From sequence record MW845759.1: a stretch of DNA of 64,000 nucleotides. One strand, written 5' to 3'. The position numbers and the translations under genes were made by a program. The notes below the pieces were generated by a model. It saw only the letters and a list, made by a program, of their open reading frames with translations, had not been told where the DNA came from and ran no database searches. Below, piece after piece: positions 28,378 through 38,028 of the stretch (positions within the stretch are counted from its first letter, which is position 1; every line of letters starts with the position of its first letter).

Positions 28378-30591
28378 ATGCAATCCTATACCGAGTTAAA
28401 GAGCACCCACGCAGACCGTGAGGCAGCTGTCGATATGATTTCAGGCTCGCGTGCAGCAATGCAAGGCGGTCATATGAAATCGGCAGTGCCGGTGGATAAC
28501 CCACATCACACCCTGCATTTTACGGGTGCGGACACTGAGTACGAGAAGTATGTGTTTAACCACGTCGTAGAAGACCAAGGTGAAGTCTACCAGTACAATT
28601 ACAACGGTCGTTTTCTACGCGCCATCTTTACCCGTACCGCCTGTCGTAGTGACGCAACACCGCTGCAGCGCGCAATCTTTTTCCGTCGGTCGGCATTAGG
28701 CGATGGCGGGCGTCCCGTTATCGACCTGATTGAAACCACCGGTTATACCGACCACGACCACGTCTTTACCTCACCACAAAAGGAAACGCCGAAACTCCAG
28801 CGCCTTTTGCGTGGAGAGACCAACATTCTGGACTTAGGGGATAACCTCACCGAACTGAACTGTCAGAAAGATGGGGAGTTCGCAGATGGGGTGAATCTGT
28901 TAACGGTACCGGTATCGCATCCTGAGAACATTGAAGATGCGTACTTTATCTCCAAGACCGCAGCGGCGATGATGCACGGTTACGGCTATCGCCGCATTAC
29001 CGTGGTGTTGCGTGATGGAGACACCCTGTTGGATATCATGGGCTACCGCACCGCCGATGGGCGTTGGGTGCCGAAATACTTCCCAGAGATTGGTGAAGCG
29101 ATCCCTAACAGTGGGCTGGTTATCGCCAAACGTCTGTACGATCCGTTGTACGCCGCTATCGACATGTCATCCGGTGAACTGCAGCACCCGTCACCGTTCT
29201 TTGACCGCTGTGAATACGTGGATGCAGACCCGGAGTACGTGGCGAACCCAACCGAAGAAAACGGGTCTCGCGTTATTGACATTAAAGTGTGGCGTAACGA
29301 TGCCATGGTGAAGAACGGTGTCAATAACATTCGCTGTACTGAAGAGAACAAGCGTCTGCTTGATGAATACGCACTGGGCCTGAAAGATTACTACACGTCC
29401 ATCCTGCGCTTCTACTTCTCAGTAAAAGAAGATGTGATTTGGTCACCGAAAGCCAGCTTGCTGATTCGTACAGCGCTAGCATCGGACTGCCATGAAGTTT
29501 TCCATGAGTTCCAGCGTGATATCCGTGATGAACTGACGAAGTCTGTCCGTCGTCATGAGAACAAGCAGGACTACGTGGACAGCAACATGAAGAAACTTCA
29601 GGAAGCGCCGGAGCGCAACCTGAAGGAAGCAGTCACCAACTACACCATCGAAATCGTGGTGCGTTACCCTATTCCGGTTACCGTGTCGTCGAAGATTACC
29701 GACCGTTCAGGTACTAAGGGTATCGTGGGCGCGGTAATGGATGATGAGCTGATGCCGCTGGATGAGTTCGGTCAGCGGATTCACTGTCTGCGTAGTGCGA
29801 ACGCCGTTATGCGTCGTTCAACCTATTCGGCGCCGTACCACATCTTCTGGTCTGCCGCTTCTGAGCAGTTAAAGATGCGCATGAAACCAATGCTGGAGGA
29901 AAACCGGGTAGACGATGCGTGGGCTGAGCTGCTCGAGTATCTGAACTGCTATAATGAGAAATGGTCACGTGCCATTGCTCTGACGCACCAGACAACCGAG
30001 CAACGGATTAAACTGTTTGAACAGATTTATCAAACCAGTATCCGTATCCACCTGCCACATGAGCTGCCGAAATCCGGGATAGATATATGTGATAGCCTTG
30101 GTAGATTCACACCGAAGCGCACCAAACTGTTAATGACCGACTATAACGGGAAGAAGCAGTGGACGAAGAACACGTTTTACGTGGGCTACGTAGAAACCTT
30201 ACGTCTGGATAAAACCGGCCGTGAGTTCTCCTCAATGTCATCCATGTACACAAACTACTTGGGTGCGATTGATGCCAGTGGTGCCGGTGCCGGGAACTAC
30301 CCGATGAAGTATAAGGCCATTAAGTTCGGCGGGGAGTCTGAACGTCGACTGCTCGAAGGCTACCGTAAAGGTACCTTTGATGAGATTCACAACCGTGCAA
30401 ACTGTCCGGATGTACATCGCGCCGTGGTTCGTGGGCTGTATGAATCCCACACGCCGACTTCACCGGGGTATCTGATTGACCGTAAGCAGTTCCCGATGGG
30501 TTATTCGCAGATTGATAAACTGGTGGACAACATTCACCGCTGCGAAGGTTTCCGTTTAGTTAAACCACTTCGCGAGGATGTAGCTGCATGA
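28378..30591 (+). CDS. nvRNAP beta-like C-terminal subunit (phiKZ gp71-73-like), uninterrupted
   Basis: EDAYFIS; SSKITDRSGTKGIV (compare beta KxxxRHGNKG); KFGGESE (compare RFGEME). Confidence 0.92.
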   Translation: MQSYTELKSTHADREAAVDMISGSRAAMQGGHMKSAVPVDNPHHTLHFTGADTEYEKYVFNHVVEDQGEVYQYNYNGRFLRAIFTRTACRSDATPLQRAIFFRRSALGDGGRPVIDLIETTGYTDHDHVFTSPQKETPKLQRLLRGETNILDLGDNLTELNCQKDGEFADGVNLLTVPVSHPENIEDAYFISKTAAAMMHGYGYRRITVVLRDGDTLLDIMGYRTADGRWVPKYFPEIGEAIPNSGLVIAKRLYDPLYAAIDMSSGELQHPSPFFDRCEYVDADPEYVANPTEENGSRVIDIKVWRNDAMVKNGVNNIRCTEENKRLLDEYALGLKDYYTSILRFYFSVKEDVIWSPKASLLIRTALASDCHEVFHEFQRDIRDELTKSVRRHENKQDYVDSNMKKLQEAPERNLKEAVTNYTIEIVVRYPIPVTVSSKITDRSGTKGIVGAVMDDELMPLDEFGQRIHCLRSANAVMRRSTYSAPYHIFWSAASEQLKMRMKPMLEENRVDDAWAELLEYLNCYNEKWSRAIALTHQTTEQRIKLFEQIYQTSIRIHLPHELPKSGIDICDSLGRFTPKRTKLLMTDYNGKKQWTKNTFYVGYVETLRLDKTGREFSSMSSMYTNYLGAIDASGAGAGNYPMKYKAIKFGGESERRLLEGYRKGTFDEIHNRANCPDVHRAVVRGLYESHTPTSPGYLIDRKQFPMGYSQIDKLVDNIHRCEGFRLVKPLREDVAA

Positions 30592-32699
30592 AAAAGGGCT
30601 TAGCCGTACATGTGCGGGACCTGCGTAACCTGACCAAGGACCAAGTCTGGAGACTGAACGGACGTTACGATGTAACGTTCGATGACGGCGTGACCCTCCC
30701 CATGGGGGGTCGCCACATTAAACTAAGCTGGCCGTACTGGGCGTTCTCTCGCCTGTACGATTTTGTACCTACCCCTAGCACCCTCACGTACCAACGTGAA
30801 GAGGTGTCCACGGACAAGAAGCATCTGGAACTGCTGGGGGTAATGTTCCGTTTGGCCAAACATCATGGCATCCCTATTGCCGATATCCGTTATGTGTTAT
30901 CCGAACACGGGTACACGGATGCGTACAACGGTTCTGTTGAGAACCTGATTGCGTACATCTCAACGGTTGACGTGGATACCTTCTTAGACATCTGGCGTCA
31001 CCCCCGTATGGATGTGGTGCGCGATTTGGCCCGTCGTTATCCGGAAGGGTACGATGAAGAAGGTAATGACATGGTGGAAGCGGCGTATCAGGAAATCGAG
31101 ATGATTTTCGATGATCCAGCGATGCGCTACAACATGGCAGTAATGTCGGTTCGTGACCACACCGTCAAAGGCGATACCATCCTGCAGGCATTTGTTCGCG
31201 GGAAGCTGTCAGAGATTGACTCGCGTGTGTTCAGTAATCAGGTCTGGTCCGGTCTCTTTACCGGTCTGGACGATGCTGGTCGTGTGAAGGAATCGTGCTC
31301 GACCTCGCGTTCGCATCTGTACAACACAGATAACATCGCTGATGCTGAATATACCAGCCGTAAATTCCAGCTGGTGTCCAACGTCCTCATGCGCTATACG
31401 CCGGGGGACTGTGGCACCCATCACCACCACCGTAAGACCTTTACGGATACCCGCTCACAAGAGCTGGTATTCAATGCGATGGCGGGGATGTACTTTAAAC
31501 TGGAAGGACATCAAGAAGGGCCGTGGATACGCTTTAACAAAGGCGAGTTCAAGCAGTACGTGAACAAGCCACTGGTCTTCCGCTCTGCAATGACCTGTAA
31601 ACTGCTGGCGAAGCAGTCTATCTGTTCTATTTGCATGGGCGATATGGTCGACAACATGTCTGACGACACTGCACCGGGTCACTTGGCTCTGACTTCCATT
31701 TCGGAGAAGGGGTCACAGGGGATTCTGTCCACCAAGCACTTGGACTTCCTGCGCAAAGTGTTGCAGCTAGTGTTTACCTCGACAATGGAGCGTTTCATTA
31801 CGCTGTTCAAGCACAGTACCGTGAAAGCGGTGCGTTTGCAGAACAAACCGTTGCAGGGTAAATGGGATGACTATGAACTGACAATTCAGGATAAGATCCA
31901 CTCCGAGCTTATTCAGATTGCCTACCATAGTTCGTTGTCTGAACTGGATGAAACGGCCTTACCTGACATCAATGCGTTGACCTTTGTACGCGTCGATAAA
32001 GAAGGGAACGTCCTCGATGAGGAGTCCATCAACGTGCGAATGGGGGTGTGCGGGAACTTCTCCCCAGACTTCCTGAAGCACTATCTGCGCAACAAAGACA
32101 AGCTGCGTATCGTTGGCAAATCTGTACATATCCCTCTCGCCGGTTGGAACGTGAACCGCCCTCTGTTAGTTTATACAAATCGCTCAGAAAGTATGGCGGA
32201 GTTTGTATCAGCAATGGAAGCGAAGATTCGTTCCGCGTCGGTTGATGGTGAAGACCGTTTAGTGAAGTCGAAGAAGATGGAAGGCAACCAGCGTTCTGCT
32301 TTCTTCAAGAACAAAAACGGTGTGGTAAAATCCATCTCTTTGGTGGACCAGCGTGGTGCCACAGAACAGCAATGTACCGATGCCATGTTTGACATGTATC
32401 AGTTCATTGACCGTAAACTGAAAGGTATCCCGATGGCGCACATCGGTATTACGTTAGCCGTCTCCCGTGTCGAATCCCCAACCAACTCCTTCCCGGCAGT
32501 TGGCTTCGATGCCGAAGACTACAATACGCAATCCGGTAAGCGTTTCTTAGACCACAACACCATCATGGGTCGTCGCTCTGCTGCCCCAATGCTTTTCTAT
32601 GAGGGTCAACAGGACTACCTCGACAACATCGGCTTTTGGACTGACAGAGTTCGCCCGGCGTCGTTATACGACGGGGCGTTCTTTGCAGTTAAGAAATAA
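30588..32699 (+). CDS. nvRNAP beta'-like C-terminal subunit (phiKZ gp74-like)
   Basis: GDCGT; RSAMTC...CSICMG Zn site; ISEKGSQGILSTKH trigger-loop equivalent. Confidence 0.9.
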   Translation: MKKGLAVHVRDLRNLTKDQVWRLNGRYDVTFDDGVTLPMGGRHIKLSWPYWAFSRLYDFVPTPSTLTYQREEVSTDKKHLELLGVMFRLAKHHGIPIADIRYVLSEHGYTDAYNGSVENLIAYISTVDVDTFLDIWRHPRMDVVRDLARRYPEGYDEEGNDMVEAAYQEIEMIFDDPAMRYNMAVMSVRDHTVKGDTILQAFVRGKLSEIDSRVFSNQVWSGLFTGLDDAGRVKESCSTSRSHLYNTDNIADAEYTSRKFQLVSNVLMRYTPGDCGTHHHHRKTFTDTRSQELVFNAMAGMYFKLEGHQEGPWIRFNKGEFKQYVNKPLVFRSAMTCKLLAKQSICSICMGDMVDNMSDDTAPGHLALTSISEKGSQGILSTKHLDFLRKVLQLVFTSTMERFITLFKHSTVKAVRLQNKPLQGKWDDYELTIQDKIHSELIQIAYHSSLSELDETALPDINALTFVRVDKEGNVLDEESINVRMGVCGNFSPDFLKHYLRNKDKLRIVGKSVHIPLAGWNVNRPLLVYTNRSESMAEFVSAMEAKIRSASVDGEDRLVKSKKMEGNQRSAFFKNKNGVVKSISLVDQRGATEQQCTDAMFDMYQFIDRKLKGIPMAHIGITLAVSRVESPTNSFPAVGFDAEDYNTQSGKRFLDHNTIMGRRSAAPMLFYEGQQDYLDNIGFWTDRVRPASLYDGAFFAVKK

Positions 32700-32702
32700 A
32701 CT

Positions 32703-32729
32703 GAGGGGCCACGTGCCCCTCTCTTTTTT
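32703..32729 (+). terminator. Rho-independent terminator
   Basis: GAGGGGC-CACGT-GCCCCTC followed by a T-tract. Confidence 0.8.
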
Positions 32730-34442
32730 GTGAGGGGCAAGATGTTCGTCATTAACGTCATGCATACCAGTATGGGCTTTCGCATCGAAGTGCCTGTACG
32801 GGTTATCGAATTAGCTATTTTAAAGTTCGCTGATGAAAACTTGCACGCGCCTAAGATGGGGCGCGACCATGGGAGAATAACCGTCGAAAAGGGGGACGCC
32901 TATTACGTACACGTTCCCTCAATGAACTGGTTCTACTTCCACAAGGACTACTTCCATCGCATTAAGCAGATTGTCCTGAATACTGCGATTGAGTACAACA
33001 AGCAAGTGGAGGTGAAGGAACACACCTACCAACGTAAGGAACCGTACAAGTGCGAATTCGATAACTACGGCTTTCAGATGGAGGTAACCGACCCTGAGTC
33101 GCGTTTCTTCTATCAGAACGAAGTGGTGGAAAAAGCACTTGACCCGCTGTACCTGCAAATCATCTTTGCGATTCAAACCGGACGTGGGAAAACCAAGTCG
33201 GCGCAGAAGGTGATGGTAAAGCGCGGCGTACGTACGGTTCTGATTCACCGGCCGACTTACGTTGATAAGTGGAAGTTCGACTGTATTGAAGATGAGTCTG
33301 GGCTGCGGGTAGATGACAAACACGTCTACGTGGCGAAAGGGACGCAGGGTATTTATGACCTGATTGAGGATGGCCGCAGCGGTAAGTTAGACCGGATGGG
33401 GATAAAGGTAGTCATCTTGCCCACTGTCTCCCTGTTTAACTTCATGAAAGAAGCGATTGCAACCATGGCTTCCAGCCCGGTTGACTTCGAGTCGTTCTAT
33501 GATGATATCGGTGTCGGTCAAGTGGTGTACGACGAAGTGCACGAACACTTCTTACTCGTGTACCTCAGCGGGATTCTGTTGAACCCGCCGTACTCACTGG
33601 AGATGTCCGCTACCCTGAAGCCGGGTGCTGCGAAGAAGTTTATCGCTGACCGGTATCTCGAACGTTTCCCTCTACGTTTTCGTGTCTCGGTACCGTATAT
33701 CCCGGTGGTTGATATTCGTGGGCTGTATTACAGCATTGACGACCCGGGCTTTATTCGCCGTGTGGCCAGAATGTCGCCGTACAACCACAAACTGTTCGAG
33801 CAGCAGCTCCTCAAACACAAACTCGAAGATTCGTATTTCTCGATGGTGTTTGATATCCTGAAGCGGTCGTACCTCGATAAGTATGAGTCCGGTCAAAAGG
33901 CGTTGGTGTTCTTTGCTCTGGTTGAGATGTGTGAAGCATTCACGAAGTATGTGAAGCATCGCCTTCGTAACGGAGACGGGCCACCAGGCTTGACTGTGGC
34001 GAAGTACAATGCGGGGGACAGCTACGACGAGTTCATTGCTGCAGACATCGGGGTCTCGACTCCGGGGAAAGCAGGTACGGCAATTGACATACCCGGTTTG
34101 GTGGTCGCTATCGTGACCATTGCTATCGATGACCGTCAGTTGAATGAACAAATTGCAGGCCGCCCGCGTGAAGTGACGAAGTGGGATTTGACACCGAAAG
34201 TGTTCTTCCTGCATTGCAGTGAAATGCCAAAGCACTTGCAGTATTTGGCCTCACGGCAAGAGTCGCTTAAGGAAGTAGTGAAGTCATTTACGACCTCCTT
34301 CTCCCCTTACGTTATAAGGAAAACGCATGCTAGCTCCTCCTTCTCCAGCAGTGCCCCTTCCGCCGTACCAAGGTTTAAGTCTATCAAGTCTCCTCGAAAA
34401 GGTTTTACGGGCTTACCCGGCCGTCGAGGACGTCGTCGTTAA
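32730..34442 (+). CDS. SF2 DExH helicase (phiKZ gp75-like)
   Basis: Motif I QTGRGKT, motif II DEVH, motif III SAT, motif VI QIAGRPRE; start may be ATG 32742. Confidence 0.9.
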   Translation: MRGKMFVINVMHTSMGFRIEVPVRVIELAILKFADENLHAPKMGRDHGRITVEKGDAYYVHVPSMNWFYFHKDYFHRIKQIVLNTAIEYNKQVEVKEHTYQRKEPYKCEFDNYGFQMEVTDPESRFFYQNEVVEKALDPLYLQIIFAIQTGRGKTKSAQKVMVKRGVRTVLIHRPTYVDKWKFDCIEDESGLRVDDKHVYVAKGTQGIYDLIEDGRSGKLDRMGIKVVILPTVSLFNFMKEAIATMASSPVDFESFYDDIGVGQVVYDEVHEHFLLVYLSGILLNPPYSLEMSATLKPGAAKKFIADRYLERFPLRFRVSVPYIPVVDIRGLYYSIDDPGFIRRVARMSPYNHKLFEQQLLKHKLEDSYFSMVFDILKRSYLDKYESGQKALVFFALVEMCEAFTKYVKHRLRNGDGPPGLTVAKYNAGDSYDEFIAADIGVSTPGKAGTAIDIPGLVVAIVTIAIDDRQLNEQIAGRPREVTKWDLTPKVFFLHCSEMPKHLQYLASRQESLKEVVKSFTTSFSPYVIRKTHASSSFSSSAPSAVPRFKSIKSPRKGFTGLPGRRGRRR

Positions 34443-34704
34443 GTTGTGTGAAGACTCGGCCACGCGCCGAGCTTTCCACTATTACATGGTGACTGAACAC
34501 TTTGCCGGTATGCAGATTACGCAGCGGGGCAAGACGTACTACGTCACGCGTGTCAGCAGTATCCGCAATACCGCCGGTTATGAGCAGTATAGTTGGGTGC
34601 TCTGGCACGATGACAAATCCGGTACGTCGGTCGACGAGAACCCGAAGGTTGCTTACCGCCTGTATTCACACAAGTGGTTTGACTGGGTAACCGTTAAACA
34701 TTAA
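34327..34704 (+). CDS. Hypothetical protein overlapping the helicase 3' end
   Basis: AAGGA SD before ATG 34327; ends just before a terminator. Confidence 0.6.
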   Translation: MLAPPSPAVPLPPYQGLSLSSLLEKVLRAYPAVEDVVVKLCEDSATRRAFHYYMVTEHFAGMQITQRGKTYYVTRVSSIRNTAGYEQYSWVLWHDDKSGTSVDENPKVAYRLYSHKWFDWVTVKH

Positions 34705-34710
34705 TAACAC

Positions 34711-34750
34711 GGGGGACACTCTATATGTCCCCCACTACCCTTATTTTTTT
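34711..34750 (+). terminator. Rho-independent terminator
   Basis: GGGGGACA-CTCTATA-TGTCCCCC then a delayed T-tract. Confidence 0.65.
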
Positions 34751-34770
34751 GATAAAAGGAAATAGCCGAT

Positions 34771-35385
34771 ATGTCTCGTCGTAAGAAGAAAGCTCCCCAT
34801 AACCCACGTAACGGTGCCCGCGCTGAAATTTACAGTGGTGTTCGCGCCGTGCTGCGCTGCGAAGACAAGTGGAAAGAACATGCTGCCCGCATTGGTACCA
34901 TGATTGAGCAAGAGCGTGTCGCCGTTGCCAAAATGGAAGACGCTGAAAAGAAAACCGTCGCTACCGAAGCGCTCGATCGCATGTATGCAGCCTACCTCGG
35001 CTGGCTGCAGCATTTCAACGACCAATACGCTGCGGCGTCTGAGAAAGCTGACGCTATCGGCACCAAAGCGCTGGACACCGTCAATCAGAAAGACATCAAG
35101 TGGAAAGACCTTGACATGATGCTGATTGAGCCGACCTCCCAGCTGCTTGAGCTGGATTCGGAAATGACCAACATGCTCATGACCGCGTCGACCACCATCA
35201 TGCCGGCAATTGCCGAGTACCAAATTAAAACCGGCGACGGCAAAGACAATGCCGAAATCGCCCATGTGCTGGAAGCGATGAACGCTCAGCCGCTGCCGGA
35301 ACCGGGCTTCGAAGCGGTAGATGAAGACACGACTCGTGAAGATCGTGCTGAAGATGCGTTTGACCGCGCTTCCGCCCAGGCTTAA
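34771..35385 (+). CDS. Hypothetical coiled-coil protein with a basic N-terminus
   Basis: AAGGA SD; MSRRKKK...; helical. Confidence 0.85.
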   Translation: MSRRKKKAPHNPRNGARAEIYSGVRAVLRCEDKWKEHAARIGTMIEQERVAVAKMEDAEKKTVATEALDRMYAAYLGWLQHFNDQYAAASEKADAIGTKALDTVNQKDIKWKDLDMMLIEPTSQLLELDSEMTNMLMTASTTIMPAIAEYQIKTGDGKDNAEIAHVLEAMNAQPLPEPGFEAVDEDTTREDRAEDAFDRASAQA

Positions 35386-35405
35386 TCTGTAGGGGTAACT
35401 CACCA

Positions 35406-37568
35406 ATGAGTCAGGAAACTGAAAACCACGGCCGCCCAGTATTGGGTGGACCTGTTCACCAGGCCGATGAGATTTTGCCGGCTGCTGAAGACCACGGCTT
35501 CAAAAAGATTGACGAAGAAGATTACGATCCGGAAGCTGCCCGTAAACTGTGGTTAGCTGATCGTGAAAAGAGACGTTTAGCGGCACAGGGAGTTTCAGAT
35601 GGTGGTGAAGGTAGCAATAGTGGGGGGCATGCCTCGCCAAATGCGCGCGTGGTCAATCCAAGCACTCCTGTTAGCCGGGGTGCAGATAGCGACCGAGCAG
35701 GAAGTGGTGGAGGACAGGAAGTCGAGACAACCGTTCACCGACACATCGATCCAATCCCTGAACAGTCTGTTCAGCAGCCCGTGGTCCGAGAAGCTGCCCC
35801 AGCATCCGCCGCACGAATTTCTCCACAACCAGTACATGAAGCTGACCTTGCCCCGGCACAGCCGCAGCATGCGCCGGCCCAAACGCAGGAAGTGAAAGAT
35901 GGCCAACAGCAAAAAGCCCCGCAAGCGCAAAGCGCACAAGTCGTTTTTCAACACGGAGAAGCTGGAGAGGCGGAACGAGTCCAACCAGCTCCATCTGCAG
36001 CAGCAGACCGCCCAGCTGTCCAGCCGACTGCAAACGTTGCGCCATCAGAGTCCGGTGCGGATGACCACGATGAGAACGCGACGCGTCGCGTAGCGTCGCT
36101 TCTGGAATCGCCGGTTCAGCAGGGTGAACGTAGTGAGCTGATGAAACTGCTGGATGATGATCCGGTGGGGATGTTGGCAGGCATGGCGCTGGTAGGGGGT
36201 TTACGTAATCTCGCCCAGTCGTCTACCGGCTTTAACAAGTTCTTCCGTTCGCTGGAACGCAGCAAAGATGGTGCCCCGGTCTTCCGTAATCCGCAAGAAG
36301 AAGATGTCTATAACCGCATTATGCAAATCATGCAGATTGCGTCTCCTTCGATGCAGAACGGTAATCAGGCCCAGTCCGAAGCCGCGCTGCGCGACGATAT
36401 CCAGTGGAAACAGCATCTGGATACCGGCACCGACGAACCGTTTGTCATTAAGAACCACCCCCAACAGGGTGCGGGGCTGATGAAGCTCGTGTACCGTCGC
36501 CAGAATTCCGGTGCCCCGGTCACGGTGTTCCTGCCAGCGTCCGGGTTCTTCATCACCTCGAAGTCTCCGCATGAAAACGACTTCTGTGACTACGACGTGG
36601 CGCAGACCATGGATACCAATCAGGTGGGCCTGTCTACCTTCGGTATTCTGCTGTCAGCTTCATCCGGTCTGTATCTGAAGCACATGGTTAACTTCGCGCT
36701 GAAGTTCGTGGTCGATACCACGTTGGATGTGGGCGGTGGCGATATGCACCAAACCCTGTACAACAAAATCGATGAGCGCGATTACTGGCTGGTTGTCATG
36801 GCGTGTACCATTGCCAAATACCCGGGCGGTATTCCATGGCTGATGGCATGTACTGAACCGCAGTGTACCTTCGAAGAAGAGCAGAAGCTGAACATCGCCC
36901 GTAGCATCCGCTACGCGAACGGCATCTTCTCCCCGTCCCAGCTCGACCTGATTAACCGTCAGCGTAATAAAGAGCCGATGACCTTCGTTGAGCAAGAAGC
37001 GTACCGTAAGGCCCACAAAGTTGACCCGTCGTCTAAATGGGTTGATGGTGACCTCACCTTCCGCTTTGCGCACGCGTCCATTGCGCGTTATATCGACACC
37101 TCTGAAGAGTGGGTGGCCGATATCAACCAGTCCACGACCGAAGCGTTGGGTAACTATGCGACAGAGCAAGAGCGTAACAGCTACATGCGCACTGCCGCAG
37201 AGACCCGACGTCTGACCCGTTATCTGCACTTCATCGAATCAATCACCGGCAAGGCCGAGGGTGACGAAGAGCCGTACGTTGAACGTGACCCGGTGAAAAT
37301 CCGCGAAGTCTTGGTAGCCATGTCTTCTGACCGTGCCTTTGTGTCGCGCTTTGAAGCAGCTATCGAACACTTCAACGAACGTAGCCGTCTGGCCATATTC
37401 GGGTACATGTCGCACAAGTGCCCAGCTTGTGGGGCGGCGACAGGCGAGAAAGAAGGCGCGTTCCGTGGTATCGTTGAGATTTCACCGGACAGACTTTTTT
37501 TCGTGCTCTCTCGAGTGGTGTACGAGATTCAGAAACTCTTAGCAGATCAATACGAAAGTATTGGCTAG
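35406..37568 (+). CDS. Tail/baseplate-hub assembly chaperone-like protein with a long disordered N-terminus (phiKZ gp77-like position)
   Basis: P/Q/A-rich first ~230 aa; FLPASG motif and CTEPQC...CPAC Zn pairs resemble T4 gp26/gp51-type chaperones. Confidence 0.55.
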   Translation: MSQETENHGRPVLGGPVHQADEILPAAEDHGFKKIDEEDYDPEAARKLWLADREKRRLAAQGVSDGGEGSNSGGHASPNARVVNPSTPVSRGADSDRAGSGGGQEVETTVHRHIDPIPEQSVQQPVVREAAPASAARISPQPVHEADLAPAQPQHAPAQTQEVKDGQQQKAPQAQSAQVVFQHGEAGEAERVQPAPSAAADRPAVQPTANVAPSESGADDHDENATRRVASLLESPVQQGERSELMKLLDDDPVGMLAGMALVGGLRNLAQSSTGFNKFFRSLERSKDGAPVFRNPQEEDVYNRIMQIMQIASPSMQNGNQAQSEAALRDDIQWKQHLDTGTDEPFVIKNHPQQGAGLMKLVYRRQNSGAPVTVFLPASGFFITSKSPHENDFCDYDVAQTMDTNQVGLSTFGILLSASSGLYLKHMVNFALKFVVDTTLDVGGGDMHQTLYNKIDERDYWLVVMACTIAKYPGGIPWLMACTEPQCTFEEEQKLNIARSIRYANGIFSPSQLDLINRQRNKEPMTFVEQEAYRKAHKVDPSSKWVDGDLTFRFAHASIARYIDTSEEWVADINQSTTEALGNYATEQERNSYMRTAAETRRLTRYLHFIESITGKAEGDEEPYVERDPVKIREVLVAMSSDRAFVSRFEAAIEHFNERSRLAIFGYMSHKCPACGAATGEKEGAFRGIVEISPDRLFFVLSRVVYEIQKLLADQYESIG

Positions 37569-37957
37569 AGAATGGCAGCTTAAGCCACGAAACCCTTATC
37601 AACACGCTTAAGCTTGACACCACCTCTCTGTTTAAGCGTCGAGATCATCGGGCGGTAACTTACCAAGAGGCGTACGACGAGCTGATGGCATCGTACGATG
37701 CCTCGTTAGGTTTGGACACGGGTCGATTCCATGTGGCGATGTCCAGTCAGGAAGATCCTCTGGCTAACTCGCTGTATCAGATATGGGTGGAAACGTTTAT
37801 TAGGGAGGATGTCTATAAGTATCTGGGGTTAAACTTCCAGCAGTTCTTAGACCAGCCGCGCTGGGTTATTGACATGCAGCTGAAGTCCATCAAACGTCGT
37901 CATCAAGACGAGAGTGCGTTGGCAACCGAGATACAAAACAGCCTTCCGAAAGACTAA
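37502..37957 (+). CDS. Downstream ORF, probably expressed as a -1 frameshift extension of 35406-37568 (track start ATG 37685)
   Basis: Frame is open from 37478; no ATG/GTG/TTG before 37685; slippery T TTT TTC at 37496-37502. Confidence 0.6.
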   Translation, partial: RALSSGVRDSETLSRSIRKYWLENGSLSHETLINTLKLDTTSLFKRRDHRAVTYQEAYDELMASYDASLGLDTGRFHVAMSSQEDPLANSLYQIWVETFIREDVYKYLGLNFQQFLDQPRWVIDMQLKSIKRRHQDESALATEIQNSLPKD

Positions 37958-37960
37958 CAC

Positions 37961-37989
37961 GGTGCCCTTCGGGGCACCTTTCTTTTTTT
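37961..37989 (+). terminator. Rho-independent terminator
   Basis: GGTGCCC-TTCG-GGGCACC followed by a T-tract. Confidence 0.9.
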
Positions 37990-37996
37990 GTCGCCT

Positions 37997-38003
37997 TGGT
38001 ATG
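37997..38003 (+). promoter_or_regulatory. Putative late (nvRNAP) promoter TGGTATG
   Basis: Same 7-mer at 57505 and 62373; contains the phiKZ late TATG element. Confidence 0.5.
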
Positions 38004-38028
38004 TATCCACCATTAGGACCCCGCAGCC

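Noticed and set aside
35500-36090. Low-complexity region as a possible variable or DGR-type target
   Set aside because: No template/variable repeat pair and no reverse transcriptase in the window; it reads as an ordinary disordered N-terminus.
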